A stretch of DNA of 64,000 nucleotides from Podarcis gaigeae. Lineage: Eukaryota. The stretch lies in the NCBI GenBank assembly GCA_964106915.2, contig OZ066925.1, one strand, 5' to 3'. The position numbers and the translations under genes were made by a program. Position 1 is the first letter of the stretch. Each line of letters opens with the position of its first letter. Shown here in pieces: positions 1 through 11,701 of this stretch. A model generated the notes under the pieces. It was not told the DNA's origin. It was given only the letters and a program-made list of their open reading frames with translations, and made no database searches.

Positions 1-1664
1 ATAGGAATATACTTTCAGCTTTTCTCTACAACTAAGCTCAGCAGCATGCCAAAAGTAGAAACGTATACAATGATAGCTTCTTGAAAAAAAGTTTAGATTG
101 ATAAATGTAATCGCGATTCACTTCTGCAATCTTTGTGCATAGAACATTTTACAAGGGAAAGATGGGTTTCCCAACCCTATGTTACAAGGCTGAAGGAGTG
201 TGTTTGATTTTCCTCTGTTAATTCTCCTCTATAAAAGCTGTACATAAACACACACATGGTCATTTAAACACATACACATAGACTCCAAAACACAGAGCGT
301 GTATAACTGCAGAGGAAACACTGGAAAGGAGGGCTTGTCAGTAGAACTTTGACAGGAGAGCACGGGACGAGTTAAACCCATCCGTTTGCCAATTCTCCCT
401 TGCCAGTGCCTTCTCCTTATCCCTACATTAATGTTAATGTTTCTGTTTGAGCAGCATACGTTTGCCAAGATAGTATGTAGTTTTGCCCAAACCAACACAG
501 CTAATCCATATATATGCCTACGATATATACAGTAGATATATTCATTTAATACCTTCACTTTCTTTTCTGTGCAAATTAAAATATATAGGCTTCCCACAGA
601 AAACTGATTACCATTTTTATTTGATTTTCTCTGTGATCCTCAGCCCTGGCTCAACCTGATAGCACCAACTTCGAGTTTGCCAACCCACTTAAATGTATCA
701 CATATATGTAGCTGAAATTCTGCCTATAAGGGGAGCAGGGGAAGGGAGAGCTTTGTACAATTATATAAGAAGCACTTATTTAAATAAGGAATTGATTCTC
801 TAGAGCTGTTGACCCTGTGCTCTCATTTACACCTGTGCTAACTGAAGATCTAACCTCATCATCTTGAACTGATAAGTGACGATATAACCTTATCATCTTG
901 AACTTATGTGAGGTTTTGCTCTATACAAGGTATAACTACACAAGCTCAGTGGTAGGGCTGGAGAATCAAATTTTCACCTTGGGATTTCATTTAGTGTGTT
1001 TTGAGTTATATAATTTCCCTGCTTTGGTACATCTAAACTGCATCCCCACCCCCCACCCCCACCCCCTCTCCCAGTTCAATAACAACATAAAAATGCACTA
1101 AGATTTGCAGGAAAAAATATTGCTATGAAGCAAATATTTGTTTTCAGGAACTTAAGTACCTTTTTTACCCCACCGCCTATAACCAGGATCCAAGTCAATT
1201 GTCTTCTTTTCCTTGCTAGTTCACTGGATTTGTTCTATCCTCTAAAACCTGAAGCAACACAGGACAAGAAATGCTTTCATTTATTGGCAACTAAAAAATG
1301 GGCATGTTATAATTAAGTGGAATTATTTCTGTTAATCACACAAATGTACACAGATGTTGAAAAATTATGAACCAGGAGTACTTTCCCCCTCAGTTATGCA
1401 AATTCCCAGTTGATTAGCATCATGATTGTATTGCTGATTATTTAGTCATTGTGCAGGCTTCTGTCTTTAGCAGAAACTTCCTGCAACAAATTTGACTACT
1501 TCTTGGCCTCATCCTTTTCCCAGCTGTGTTTACATGACCAAGGCGAATCATATTTAATGTGCAGCAACAGAATCTATTCCAAACCTAACTTCTGTACTAC
1601 ACACATATATTCCTAACTGAACGAAGAGGAATAGGAGGATAACAGTATCCTCTTTTAGTGGTAT

Positions 1665-1780
1665 ATATAAACGGTGGTAAAAGGCGTTTCCGTGCGCTCT
1701 GGTTTCCGTCACGGTGTTCCGTTGCACCAGAAGCAGTTTAGTCCTGCTGGCCATATGACCTGGAAAGCTGTCTGTGGATA
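1665..1780 (+). mobile_element. Sauria SINE internal fragment
   Basis: Matches the central part (gtttccgtgcgctctgg...ctggccatatgacctggaaagctgtctg) of full copies at 4205 and 16699. Confidence 0.7.
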
Positions 1781-1898
1781 ACATAGGTTTTAACAATGCT
1801 TATGTCCAGCAGGGTAAATTCACATCAGAGTTGTAGGGTAGGAGAAGGAGACAAAACAATGCCACAGTCCACTCTTCATTCCGTAAACATGATTAAGG

Positions 1899-2214
1899 CA
1901 GGGGTGGAGGAAGGGGTGTGGTAGGGGTGGGCCGCCCTCGGTGTCACCACTGAGGAGTGCCGGGCAGCACTCACCGCGGGGCATGCAACGCGGCCGAGCC
2001 ATAAGTCTCTCCTGGAAGAGACGCGATGCCTTCGGTGCACGCAGGCTCCGCACTGTCCATACGGTCCGCCCGCTGCCTCCCCCCCCCAGCTGTAGGGCAG
2101 CTGAGTGGGAGGAGACAGGCAGACTCCAGAGGCCCCGTAGTGCGCACCGCCCCAGGGCACACCTTGCCCATGGGCGCACCGCCCCAGGCGTCCGAGCAGC
2201 TTCCCCTGTCGCTG
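1899..2214. mobile_element. Non-autonomous hAT-type DNA transposon, GC-rich
   Basis: CAG...CTG ends with near-identical 8-bp flanks gattaagg / cattaagg; explains the overlapping spurious ORFs at 1820-2228. Confidence 0.7.
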
Positions 2215-2623
2215 CATTAAGGGAGTGAGAATATTAAGAATGCATTGGTATGTAGTCTTATATATTGTCTGGGTCTTTGGTTCATTAAAAGTAATCATAC
2301 ATGACATGACATGAAGCAGTAGCATGCTAGTACAGATAATGCATTTGCTCCCACTTTGCTCCTCCCTCTGTACAACTAGGTAAACAAACCAGAAATGAAT
2401 ATGACTGCTGAATCTGGGATTCTCATCAGTTGTTCTTGATAAAGACAAAATCATAAACCAATTTTCAACAGGGATTTGTTGTTGGTTTGCCAATTCTGGT
2501 TTGTTTAAGAGTAATAAACCAGATTCCCGGGATCAAAAACCACTCAAAACCTTCCACTTACATGTGCTCATGCAAAGGGAGGAATAAAGAGGGAGTGAAG
2601 GGGATGCCTACACCAGCACAGTA

Positions 2624-2865
2624 CAGTGGTACCTCAGGTTAAGTACTTAATTCGTTCTGGAGGTCCGTACTTAACCTGAAACTGTCCTTAACCTGAAGCA
2701 CCACTTTAGCTAATGGGGCCTCCTGCTTCTGCTGCACTGCCGGAGCACGATTTCTGTTCTCATTCTGAAGCAAAGTTCTTAACCTGAAGCACTATTTCTG
2801 GGTTAGCGGAGCCTGTAACCTGAAGCATATGTAACCTGAAGCATATGTAACCCGAGGTACTACTG
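2624..2865. mobile_element. Tc1/mariner (Tigger-like) MITE, family A copy 1
   Basis: TA|CAGTGGTACCTCAGGTT...AACCCGAGGTACTACTG|TA inverted termini with TA duplication; six copies in the window. Confidence 0.9.
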
Positions 2866-4204
2866 TACTCATTTACATTGTGGATTATTAAGCCGTAACT
2901 CATGGCCTATCATTGTGTCCAAACACACATAGTCACTAGAAGATCCTGTCCCTAGTTGAAAACTCCAAAACCGAGCCTTGTAAGCTATTTCAAAAAGCAC
3001 ACATTTTCACTGTGTGATGCAGTACAAAATATAGTCATTACTCGTTCATGAAATAAAATTAATGGAGACAGATGACAACATTTGGCTCCATTAATTTAAC
3101 TTTGTTTGGGATAAAATTTGTAAGGGTTCGTAAGGCAGAATACAGATTTCTAGTGGATGTGACACTAGTAAACCACAGGGATAACACAAGCTGTGACAAA
3201 CAATCTGAATGAAAACATGATGTGTGAGATTTCCGATGTCTTGCTGAGATGCACAGCAAAATCCTTCTTCCCAAGAGGGAAAGACTTTAAGAAAAAGCGC
3301 TTTAATATAAACCTAAAATAAATGGAACATGGCAGCTATTCAATCACTTGCTTTAAATTAACAGCAGGGCAATTTTATGAAAAAGATATTAAAGGGTCAC
3401 ATAAACTAAAGAGCTTCTTAAAGAAGTGTCACTGTAATTAGATTAAGCCCTGCTTTCCATCTCTAAACCCAAAAATATATGGATGTTCCAGTTGTGTTAT
3501 TTATTTCATGTTTGCTGCAGAAACAAGCAGAAAGATACCCATTTCAGGTGCCGTTGAAAAGCAGGGTAATGCAACCACTCACGTGTAACACTTAGTTGGT
3601 CTAAACTCTAATAGATACTTGCTTGATTAAAATAAAAACTCACCCCCAGTGTTAGGTAACATGGAATTATATTTTGATGTTGTTAAATCAATAAATACAT
3701 ACAACTAGGAAGTGGCTGTTTTCACTCCTACTCCTTTCATCAAAGTGCAAGTACTGTACATTGCTTCAAATCTTTAAGCAAGCTTCCATTCTGGTTGCTA
3801 CATTTATCATCACAACTCTTAAGACCCCTTTCTTAACACCAGTTAAGTGTATCTCCTGAAGAGTTAGAGGGGTATCAAAGTTGTCAAAGACACAAGGGGA
3901 GTAAATTAATCAAAAGATATCAAGCATTGAAGAGTACTTGGACTTGTTATTAAGGCCCATCTAACTTCTGTCAATAACATTAACAGGGATTGGACCCAGA
4001 CAGAACTCAGTCAGAGCATAGGGCAGCCACACTCCAGCTAAAATCTTTTCTGTGAAAGGAGTGCCTTGCGGATGACTATCAGAGTGCCAGGGTGTATAAG
4101 GAACAATGAAGCACAATGGATGAACAATAACTTTTTGGTCTGATTGGCAACTGCCTTGTCAATCCTAATTGATTAGACATTAGCAACCACCTAATTAAGG
4201 GAAA

Positions 4205-4562
4205 GGGACACAGGTAACGCTGTGGGTTAAACCACAGAGCCTAGGACTTGCTGATCAGAAGGTCAGTGGTTGGAATCCCCACGATGGGGTGAGCTCCCAT
4301 TGCTCAGTCCCTGCTCCTGCCAACCTAGCAGTTCGAAAGCACGTCAAAGTGCAAGTAGATAAATAGGTACTGCTCCGGCGGGAAGATAAATGGTTTCCGT
4401 GCACTGCTCTGGTTCGCCAGAAGCGGCTTAGTCATGCTAGACACATGACCCGGAAGTTGTCTGCAGACAAACGCCAGCTCCCTTGGCCTATAGAGCGAGA
4501 TGAGCGCACAACCCCAGAGTCGTCCACAACTGGACCTAATAGTCAGGAGTACCTTTACCTTT
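4205..4562 (+). mobile_element. Sauria SINE, full length
   Basis: GGGAC...ctgtgggttaaaccacagagcctaggacttg head, ACCTTT-repeat tail; taattaag on both flanks. Confidence 0.9.
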
Positions 4563-5106
4563 AATTAAGATTATGAGAAGATTTCATCCCCTATTACAAC
4601 TGCCCCTCCTTTTCCTTCCTCTGTTCATGTCCACTGTTGTATTTAGGTTTTAAGCTCTTTATGACTGAGATCTGGCTTCTTACACCTGGCACTTTACAGA
4701 GCAAAACATCAATGACACTATATAAGCACACACATGTATATATTTGATACTATTTGGACAGATGCAAGGAAAAGGAAGTTTCTGCTAACAAGGAAGGTTC
4801 TGGTAACCAAAGCAGTGGTAGTCTTTGTTTGCTCAGGCCTATGGCACAGCATATATTTTATATGTAAAAGATCCCATTTCAAGCCCTTCTAGTCTTGGGT
4901 TAAAATGATATCAGATTGCAGGATGGCAACATACTTTTCTCTGCCTTGGAAAGTCTCTACTAATCAGAGTAGGCAGTGTTGAGATAGATGGAGCAATGGT
5001 CAATTTCAGCATAAAGCAGGTCTCACTGTTTAGTCTCTTCCTTCCTTCACCCCTTCAAGTTCAGTGCTTGACAACAGGTAGCTTAAAACAACTGTTCAAA
5101 TAATTA

Positions 5107-5459
5107 CCATATTTTTCACCCTATAGAACGCACCGGCCCATAGGACGCACCTAGTATTTTTTTTGGGGGGGGGGAATAAAGAAAAAAAATTATCCCCCCC
5201 AGCCACGGCTTCAGCGCGCCCCGCGCTCCGGACAGCAGGCTGCTATCCGCAGCCTAGGGAGCCCTGCGGGAAGTCCCGCGGGCTCCCCAGGCTTGCTGAT
5301 AGCTTCCTGAAGCCTGGAGAGCGAGAGGGGTCGGTGCGCACCGACCCCTCTCGCTCTCCAAGCTTCAGCGAAAGCCTGCATTCGCCCCATAGGACGCACA
5401 CAGATTTCCCCTTCATTTTTGGAGGGGAAAAAGTGCGTCCTATAGGGCAAAAAATACGG
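5107..5459. mobile_element. Tc1/mariner MITE, family B
   Basis: TA|CCATATTTTTCACCCTATAG...CTATAGGGCAAAAAATACGG|TA; homologous, in inverted orientation, to 40820-41308. Confidence 0.9.
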
Positions 5460-6460
5460 TAATTAACGTTCATGAATAAAATCTGAGAGCTACTCCAACC
5501 GATGCGGCATCCCTACCCAAGCAGGCAGTCAGTCACTCTTCTGCCAGTCCACATTACTAATGCCTGCACTGCATCACTCTTATTTTAAAACCTGTCTTTC
5601 CTGCCCTGGACACCCTTTTCAAATGCAGGGGCAGTCTTGAGTGGCAAAGATGACAGCATGAAATTGTAACACAACTGACCTCAACTGATTTGTTAGGAAC
5701 TGGAAAAATGTACACTTCAGAAATGAATTACTTTCTAAATCCTCTGAAATCCTCCTCTGTAAGTCGGTATATTCCTTGCTTCTTTCCTCATATAGTTTTG
5801 GCTAAGCTGCTCTTCATTAAAGCAAGGCTCATTATGCAGCTACAGTGGAGATGTTCCCAGAAAGACAGAACTATCCCTACCTACAATGTTGGCAGGGAGA
5901 ATATGGAAAAGGGAATACATATATGATAATAAAGAGCAAAGCAAGTAAAGCACAAAATCCTCAGATGTGGCACAGTGAGCCTAGTGAAGTCAAGAAAAAA
6001 CCCTAGTTGAGCTGCCCAAAGTATAATCAAAATTGTTCAAAGCTCATGTGGTCCCACTCATTCTTCCCCAGTGGCAGGTTTTGGTTTTTGTTTTAAATGG
6101 GATTAGGGTCAAATGGGATGTGGAGATAAAGGATCAAAGAAGTAGAGAAGCGGAACAGTCAATCCCTCTCACAGGGAACTGAGAATTGTAGCTCTGGGAA
6201 GGAAATAGGAGCCTCCAAACAACTGTCCGAATCCTTAACAACAGCTCCAAGAATTCTTTGTGGGAAGCCATGGCTGTTTAAAATGGTACCATAGTGCTTT
6301 AAATGTGTCCAAAATGTGGGGGGGAAAACACCTCCCTGCTCATCTCTGTCCTGCCAGAACAAGCAGAGTTGCTGCTTCTATGTTCAGTTGCACTCATACT
6401 TCTTCTGTGAAACCATGGCTGGGATTGGGCTAAGCAGTTATTTGAAATATATTAAATAAA

Positions 6461-6603
6461 ATCATAGAATTGTGGAGCTGGAAGGTACCTCAATGGTCAT
6501 CTAGTCCACCCCCTGCAATGCAAGAATCTGCAGGTGGCCCGTATGGGGGATTAAACCTGCAACTTGTCATTAATAGCACCATGCTCTAACTAGCTGAGCT
6601 AAC
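6461..6603 (-). mobile_element. SINE with tRNA-Ile-like head and CR1-type tail
   Basis: Minus strand reads TAGCTCAGCTAGTTAGAGCATGGTGCTATTAATGACAAGTTGCAGGTTTAATCCCCCATACGGGCCA (degenerate tRNA-Ile AAT) followed by GGACTAGATGACC...TTCTATGAT, a CR1-like 3' end. Confidence 0.75.
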
Positions 6604-6673
6604 TGAAAATAGTCCATTCTAATTCTTCAGCTTTTATTTTTTTCTTGACTTCATGCTTTTACATTGCCTTATG

Positions 6674-6674
<1 letters not shown>

Positions 6675-6708
<34 letters not shown>
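6675..6708. repeat. (TG)n microsatellite
   Basis: Direct observation. Confidence 0.95.
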
Positions 6709-6710
<2 letters not shown>

Positions 6711-7079
6711 CTGCTTGGGTATTTATTATTTTCATGTGGAGCGGTATATAAGTTCTGAAACAAACATAAAACATTTGAATACTTGCAAAAAGGAAACTTT
6801 TCTTTAAAAATGCAATTTCTTTCTTTCTTTCTTCCTCCCTCCCCCTCCCCCTCTCTCACACAGGGGAAACGCCTTTTCTGGAAGCGTATGCACGTTGTTG
6901 TGACACGTGTGTGCGTGAATCTCTAAACGCAATGAATACCCCCATCCCGTTTAAAATCAATTTGTCTTATTCATATGCTTGTTTTTTTTTCTTTTTCAAA
7001 ATTAATAAAACAGTTGCCAGTAAAACCCAGAGGATTCATCAACATATGATCCAGTTACCCGGAAACAAACATTTTCCTT

Positions 7080-7500
7080 GCCTTAGACGGCTTCCCAGCC
7101 CAGCCTTGGCCGGAAAGTCTCACCAGTTCAGCAAGATCTGTACACTACTATTTACACGGGTAGCTGCGTTCCCAAGAACCCACAACGCCTGTCCCCTCGC
7201 TCTTTTCCTAACGCGTCCGGCTTCTCCCGTTGCTAGGTTACACCGCCAGGCGAGAGACTTCAGCGCATGCGTAACAGGAGCTTCCCGGGCCCGTAAAGCA
7301 CAGAGTATAGGCGGGAGGAAAGCAGAGCATGCTGTAGCTAGTCATAGACTTGCTCAAGTAGACTAGCACACCACTTACAGATTCCGGGTTCGCTTTGAAC
7401 GCCATCTTTATTTCCGCTGGGGCGGGACTAAAAGCTTCTCATAGAAAGCAATGAGAGGGGCAGGAATTTAACGTGCCTGTGATGGAGCAGTAGCGCCTTC
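7080..7500 (-). promoter_or_regulatory. CpG-rich promoter and probable non-coding first exon of a divergent gene (ARMC3 expected by synteny)
   Basis: CpG cluster not matching a repeat; RFX X-box GTTGCTAGGTTAC 7229-7241; NRF1 GCGCATGCGT ~7263; YY1 CGCCATCTT ~7400; GC box ~7419; minus-strand donor CTG|GTGAGA with last exonic base 7124. Gene identity is inference only. Confidence 0.65.
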
Positions 7501-8740
7501 TCTCCACCACCCCAACAAAACGTGGCAGCAATGACAATTCTAGTACCCTTTCCAACTCAGGTCTTACGTATGGATTTTTATTTTTATTTTAACTTTGAAA
7601 CATTTAAAAGCACAACAATCTGCATTCAAGTTTTCAGATTAAGATTGCTTTTACGTTCGTAAATGAATGTATATGCATGGCTTTTAATTGTTACCCGTTC
7701 TGGTATTTTTTTTGTTTTTGGTTTTGTTTTCCACCGAAGAGCGAGATAGAAGTGTTTCAAATAAATAAACTGAGCCCTGGATTTTCTCCTGGGACGTGTG
7801 ACTTTAGTAGGCTGATCGTTTCTTTTATTTATACCCCTCCTTTTTCCCTGATAGGGACTTATATTTACAGCAACCGTAAATGTGTGTGTATGGGAGAGTT
7901 TTGGTTGGAACTCTAAACCAATCTCATCCTCAGCCGTCTCAGAATAATTGAATCGTAACTTTAAAGAACTTACTGTATCTCTATGTAGTCACTGTGCTGC
8001 TTCTAATGCTGCTGATGACGACGACGACGACGACGACACATGCGCAGTTACTAGCAGGGATCGGGGTTTTTGAAAGCTCAGAAGGAGGAACCTCTGCTCC
8101 TCCTGTCCGCCTTATTTTCTTGGAAACCTTTTCGTTATCTCTCGCCTACGCCACATTACAGAGGTGGTGTACAAGAGACATGATTCAGTGTTAGTTCCTA
8201 AAACACCCACATTCCCTCTGGTACAAAATAACGCGGTTCGCTTTCGGAAATACAGTAATTCACACACAAACACATACTGCATTTTAATTTGTATATATGC
8301 GTGTGTGCATTTTAGCCGCACCTTCCATAACGTGTTCTTTCCTACACTTAGTTACACAGCTGTGAGCTCAAGGTTAAACTGTCCAATTACAAATACCATC
8401 ATGGACAGCAATAATGTGGATGCACTGCAGAATATCACAGAGCAACGTGAGCAGATTAAATCCACCACTAAAGTAGAATACACCAAACCATAAACTTTAT
8501 CCATATTCTGTTTCCTCATATCTGGGATTAAAACATAAGGTTTCCAGGTCCAAAGGCAACACATAATCTTCCATACAGACATGGGACTCAACATCTTTCT
8601 TTTGAGAATTTGAACACTGGGACTAAAGTCCCCTTCCACCATAACCACCTTCACTCCCTTTAGCTACTCTTCAGGAACATACTGGCCCACCTTCAAAAGT
8701 GGGAGTGAAAAGAACCACCATCATTCTCTGTAAAATAAAA

Positions 8741-8915
8741 CCGATGCTTTTTTCTTTAAAAAAATGTTTAGGGATACTCTCATTTTGACCCGAGAAAGCC
8801 ACCTTTTTATTGTTCAAATCGGGAAAAATAAATACAGCAAATGAACAAAAGTACAAAGATTCAAAAAATGTTTAGGGGTATGCATACCTCTGCATCCCCC
8901 CAGAAAAAAAGCACA
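8741..8915. mobile_element. Short DNA-transposon MITE
   Basis: Degenerate inverted termini (tgcttttttct...agaaaaaaagcac) and repeated aaaaaatgtttaggg subterminal motif. Confidence 0.5.
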
Positions 8916-9906
8916 GAATAAAACCTTAATAAGATTGTCCCCTGCCCCTTGTGGAGCTAATGAGACTTTGCCTTCACCACTCCATAAGCACAACAGAAAG
9001 GTCAGAACACGATTAAAAACATTTGTATTCTGCCCTTCCTCCAACTTGCTCAGACACTATATGTGGCAATTATCCCAATTTATTTACGACAATTTTGCAA
9101 CATAGGAACATGCCATTCGTCCATTTAGGGTTGGGAACCTGTGGCCCTGCGTACATTTGCTGAACTACGGTGCCCATCATCCCTGACCATTGGCCATACT
9201 GGCTGGGGCTGATGGGAGTTGGAGTCCAACAACACCTGGATACCCATAGTTCCTCATCCATTGTCTACATTGACTGGCAGCAGTTCTGCAGGGTTTCAAA
9301 TGGGACATTTCCAGTCCTACCTGGAGATGCCAGATTGAACCTGGGACAGTCTGCATGCAAAGCAGATAACTATTACCAAGTGACAAACATTCCCCTCTTA
9401 GCTGTTGCCCTTCTCCTTGTTCAAGGTAGGTTAGGATGTTTGTGCTACTGGCCCAAGATCACCCAATAAGCCTCTTAGCCCGAAACCAGATCTCCTTTGT
9501 TCAAGTCCAACAGAGGCAGCTTTAGGGGAGCACAACCAGTTCAATTGCACTGGGTGCAGAGCCTCAGGGGTGCCACAGAGGGCATCTCAGCTGTGATGTA
9601 GACTGGAAGGTGATGGGTGGGGGCTGAATTTTGGCGTTGCACAGGGTGCCACTGAAATTTGAGACTCCAAGGTCCGCCACTGAGTCCGACACCAGTGCTA
9701 ACCATCAAACTGGGTGAAATTATCCCACAAGTTCACATGCTTATTGAGGCATTTTGTAACTGAAATGCTGGAGGAATTGACGATTCTACTCATCTGAAAG
9801 TTGTGATTACATCCAGGGTAATCATTTGTAGAAACTAATTAGAAAACTGGAGTAATGTAGTCATAAGAATATGTTCTCAGGACATTGGAATATTGGTCTC
9901 TTTCTA

Positions 9907-10138
9907 CAGTGGTACCTCGGGTTAAGAACTTAATTCGTTCTAGGACCCATTCTTAACCTGAAACTGTTCTTAACCTGAGGTACCACTTTAGCTAATGGGG
10001 CCTCCCGTTCTGCCGTCGCATGATTTCTGTTCTCATCCTGAAGCAAAGTTCTTAACCCCAGGTACTATTTCTGGGTTAGTGGAGTCTGTAACCTGAAGCG
10101 TCTGTAACCTGAAGCGTCTGTAACCCGAGGTACCACTG
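9907..10138. mobile_element. Tigger-like MITE, family A copy 2
   Basis: Perfect CAGTGGTACCTCGGGTT termini, TA flanks. Confidence 0.92.
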
Positions 10139-10589
10139 TATTGGCAAGTGATATGCATACTCTGCACTGGGAATATTTGCTTCCATTCATGGTTTAATTC
10201 TGGACCTGTCACTCATCTCTATTTGTTCATTGTTGCCAATATAAACATTACTCTCATGGGACTATTAGCAAATTGGTATTTGGAATGAACTTTTTAGCCT
10301 TCTTTTATCAGAGAGCTTTGCTGTTCAAATTCCTCCTGTGAGAATCTCTTTCTCCACCTTTCTTTCAAATAAGTAAAATAACACATAGACACACATTGTT
10401 TTATGAAATAGTCAGCCAACCCCCCTCCCACAAAGAATCTATTAGCTTTGTGAAAGAAAACATCCTGGTCCTCATCTCATTCTGCACTGACTATTGAGAA
10501 CTTGAGTTTCATCTAATGCTATGAACAAATTAACAGCATTTGGCAGCGTGTACTGTGGCAAAGGGATTCACGGCATTTTTCTTTTCCAA

Positions 10590-11195
10590 TGTCATGAACA
10601 GGTTGGAGGCAGAGGAATGGTGGGAGGAACCAGCTGGGGAACCACCAAGAGAAGAAGCCTCAGAGCCTGGGGAGTGGTGGTGGGACAACAATGAGGGGTC
10701 ACAGGGAGAAAAGAGAGAAGACTGGGAAGAGGAGGCGTCAGAAGCTGAAGATGTAAGAGGGCTTAGTGAGCTGGAAGAGTCTGTGGCAGAGAGCAGTCCA
10801 GAAGTAGAAGCTGAAGCAGGAGGGTGGGAGGAGAGAGGCAGAGATGAATCAGGCTGATGAAAGAGTCATGAGAGTCTCCCTCACCTGCTTCAACAAGCTC
10901 CCCTCAACCCTTCTCTCCCAGAACCAGAAGAGGCATGAATAGGGCAGAGGAGAGATTAGCGATGTGCAAACACAGTCTCTGATTGCTTGGGAAGAAACCC
11001 TGGAGAAGAAGGGGCTTAGGTAGCTGCGGGGAGGGGGTACCTTCAGCCTCAACAACTGCTTCATGGAAGCTAGACCTACTAGAGATGAGTTGCTGGGCTC
11101 ATTAGGCCTGACACTCCTGTGCAGAACGTGTTTTTGCTAATAATGAGTTAACTCCAACTTGCACAGTGTGATTTACTGCTGGCTAGCTGCTGACA
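10590..11195 (+). mobile_element. Probable solo LTR (Gypsy-like), purine-rich
   Basis: TGTCA...TGACA inverted ends, 606 bp, AATAAT polyA-like signal ~11138; target-site duplication not recognisable. Confidence 0.6.
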
Positions 11196-11338
11196 TTAGA
11201 CAATATCCAGTACTAGCTTTACCAACAAGAGCACAACTATTTTTCTCACATATATTATGTGCATACAGCACTACCACCATGCCCCTGGTTGCAAATCCAT
11301 TATTTATTTCCAATATACCTGGTTTTAATCATATACAC

Positions 11339-11701
11339 CAGTGGTGGGAAATCTTTTTCAGACCAAGGGCCACATTGCTTTCTGGGCATACTTCTGGCAG
11401 CCAAATTCCAGCAGAGGGCAGAGCCAGAGACTAGGTGGGAAAACGATTGGAAAATCTACCTTTATACATTGGACTAGTTTCTACACAGACTCACACACAC
11501 ATCTGTATTCAGGCAAGTAAGAGGCATTATCAGATTCCAGGCAGACGAAAAACACCTGTGGAGGGTGCAAAGGTAAGCAAGAGGAGAGAAGGTGTGGCTG
11601 AAGAGAAGGTGTAGCCTAAGGAGAGTCCTCAAGACCAGCCAGAGAGGTCTGGACCCTAGAGCGGCACTTTTGGCCTCCGGTCCTGAGCTTCTGTGTCCCT
11701 G
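11339..11701. mobile_element. Old hAT-type non-autonomous element
   Basis: CAGTGGTGGGAAATCTTTT...CCCTG termini typical of Charlie-like MITEs, degraded. Confidence 0.5.

Noticed and set aside
540-600. Minus-strand sequence loosely resembling ARMC3 N-terminal peptides (KKVK, EA.Y..FAQK)
   Set aside because: Needs frameshifts and does not fit a coherent exon; probably chance.
1820-2493. 205-aa and 119-aa ORFs
   Set aside because: They span a GC-rich hAT MITE and adjacent repeats; no recognisable protein similarity.
6530-6603. tRNA-Ile-like sequence as a real tRNA gene
   Set aside because: Mutated arms and an attached CR1 tail mark it as a SINE head.
8164-8654. Opposing ~100-aa ORFs near the divergent promoter
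   Set aside because: No recognisable homology or convincing splice signals.
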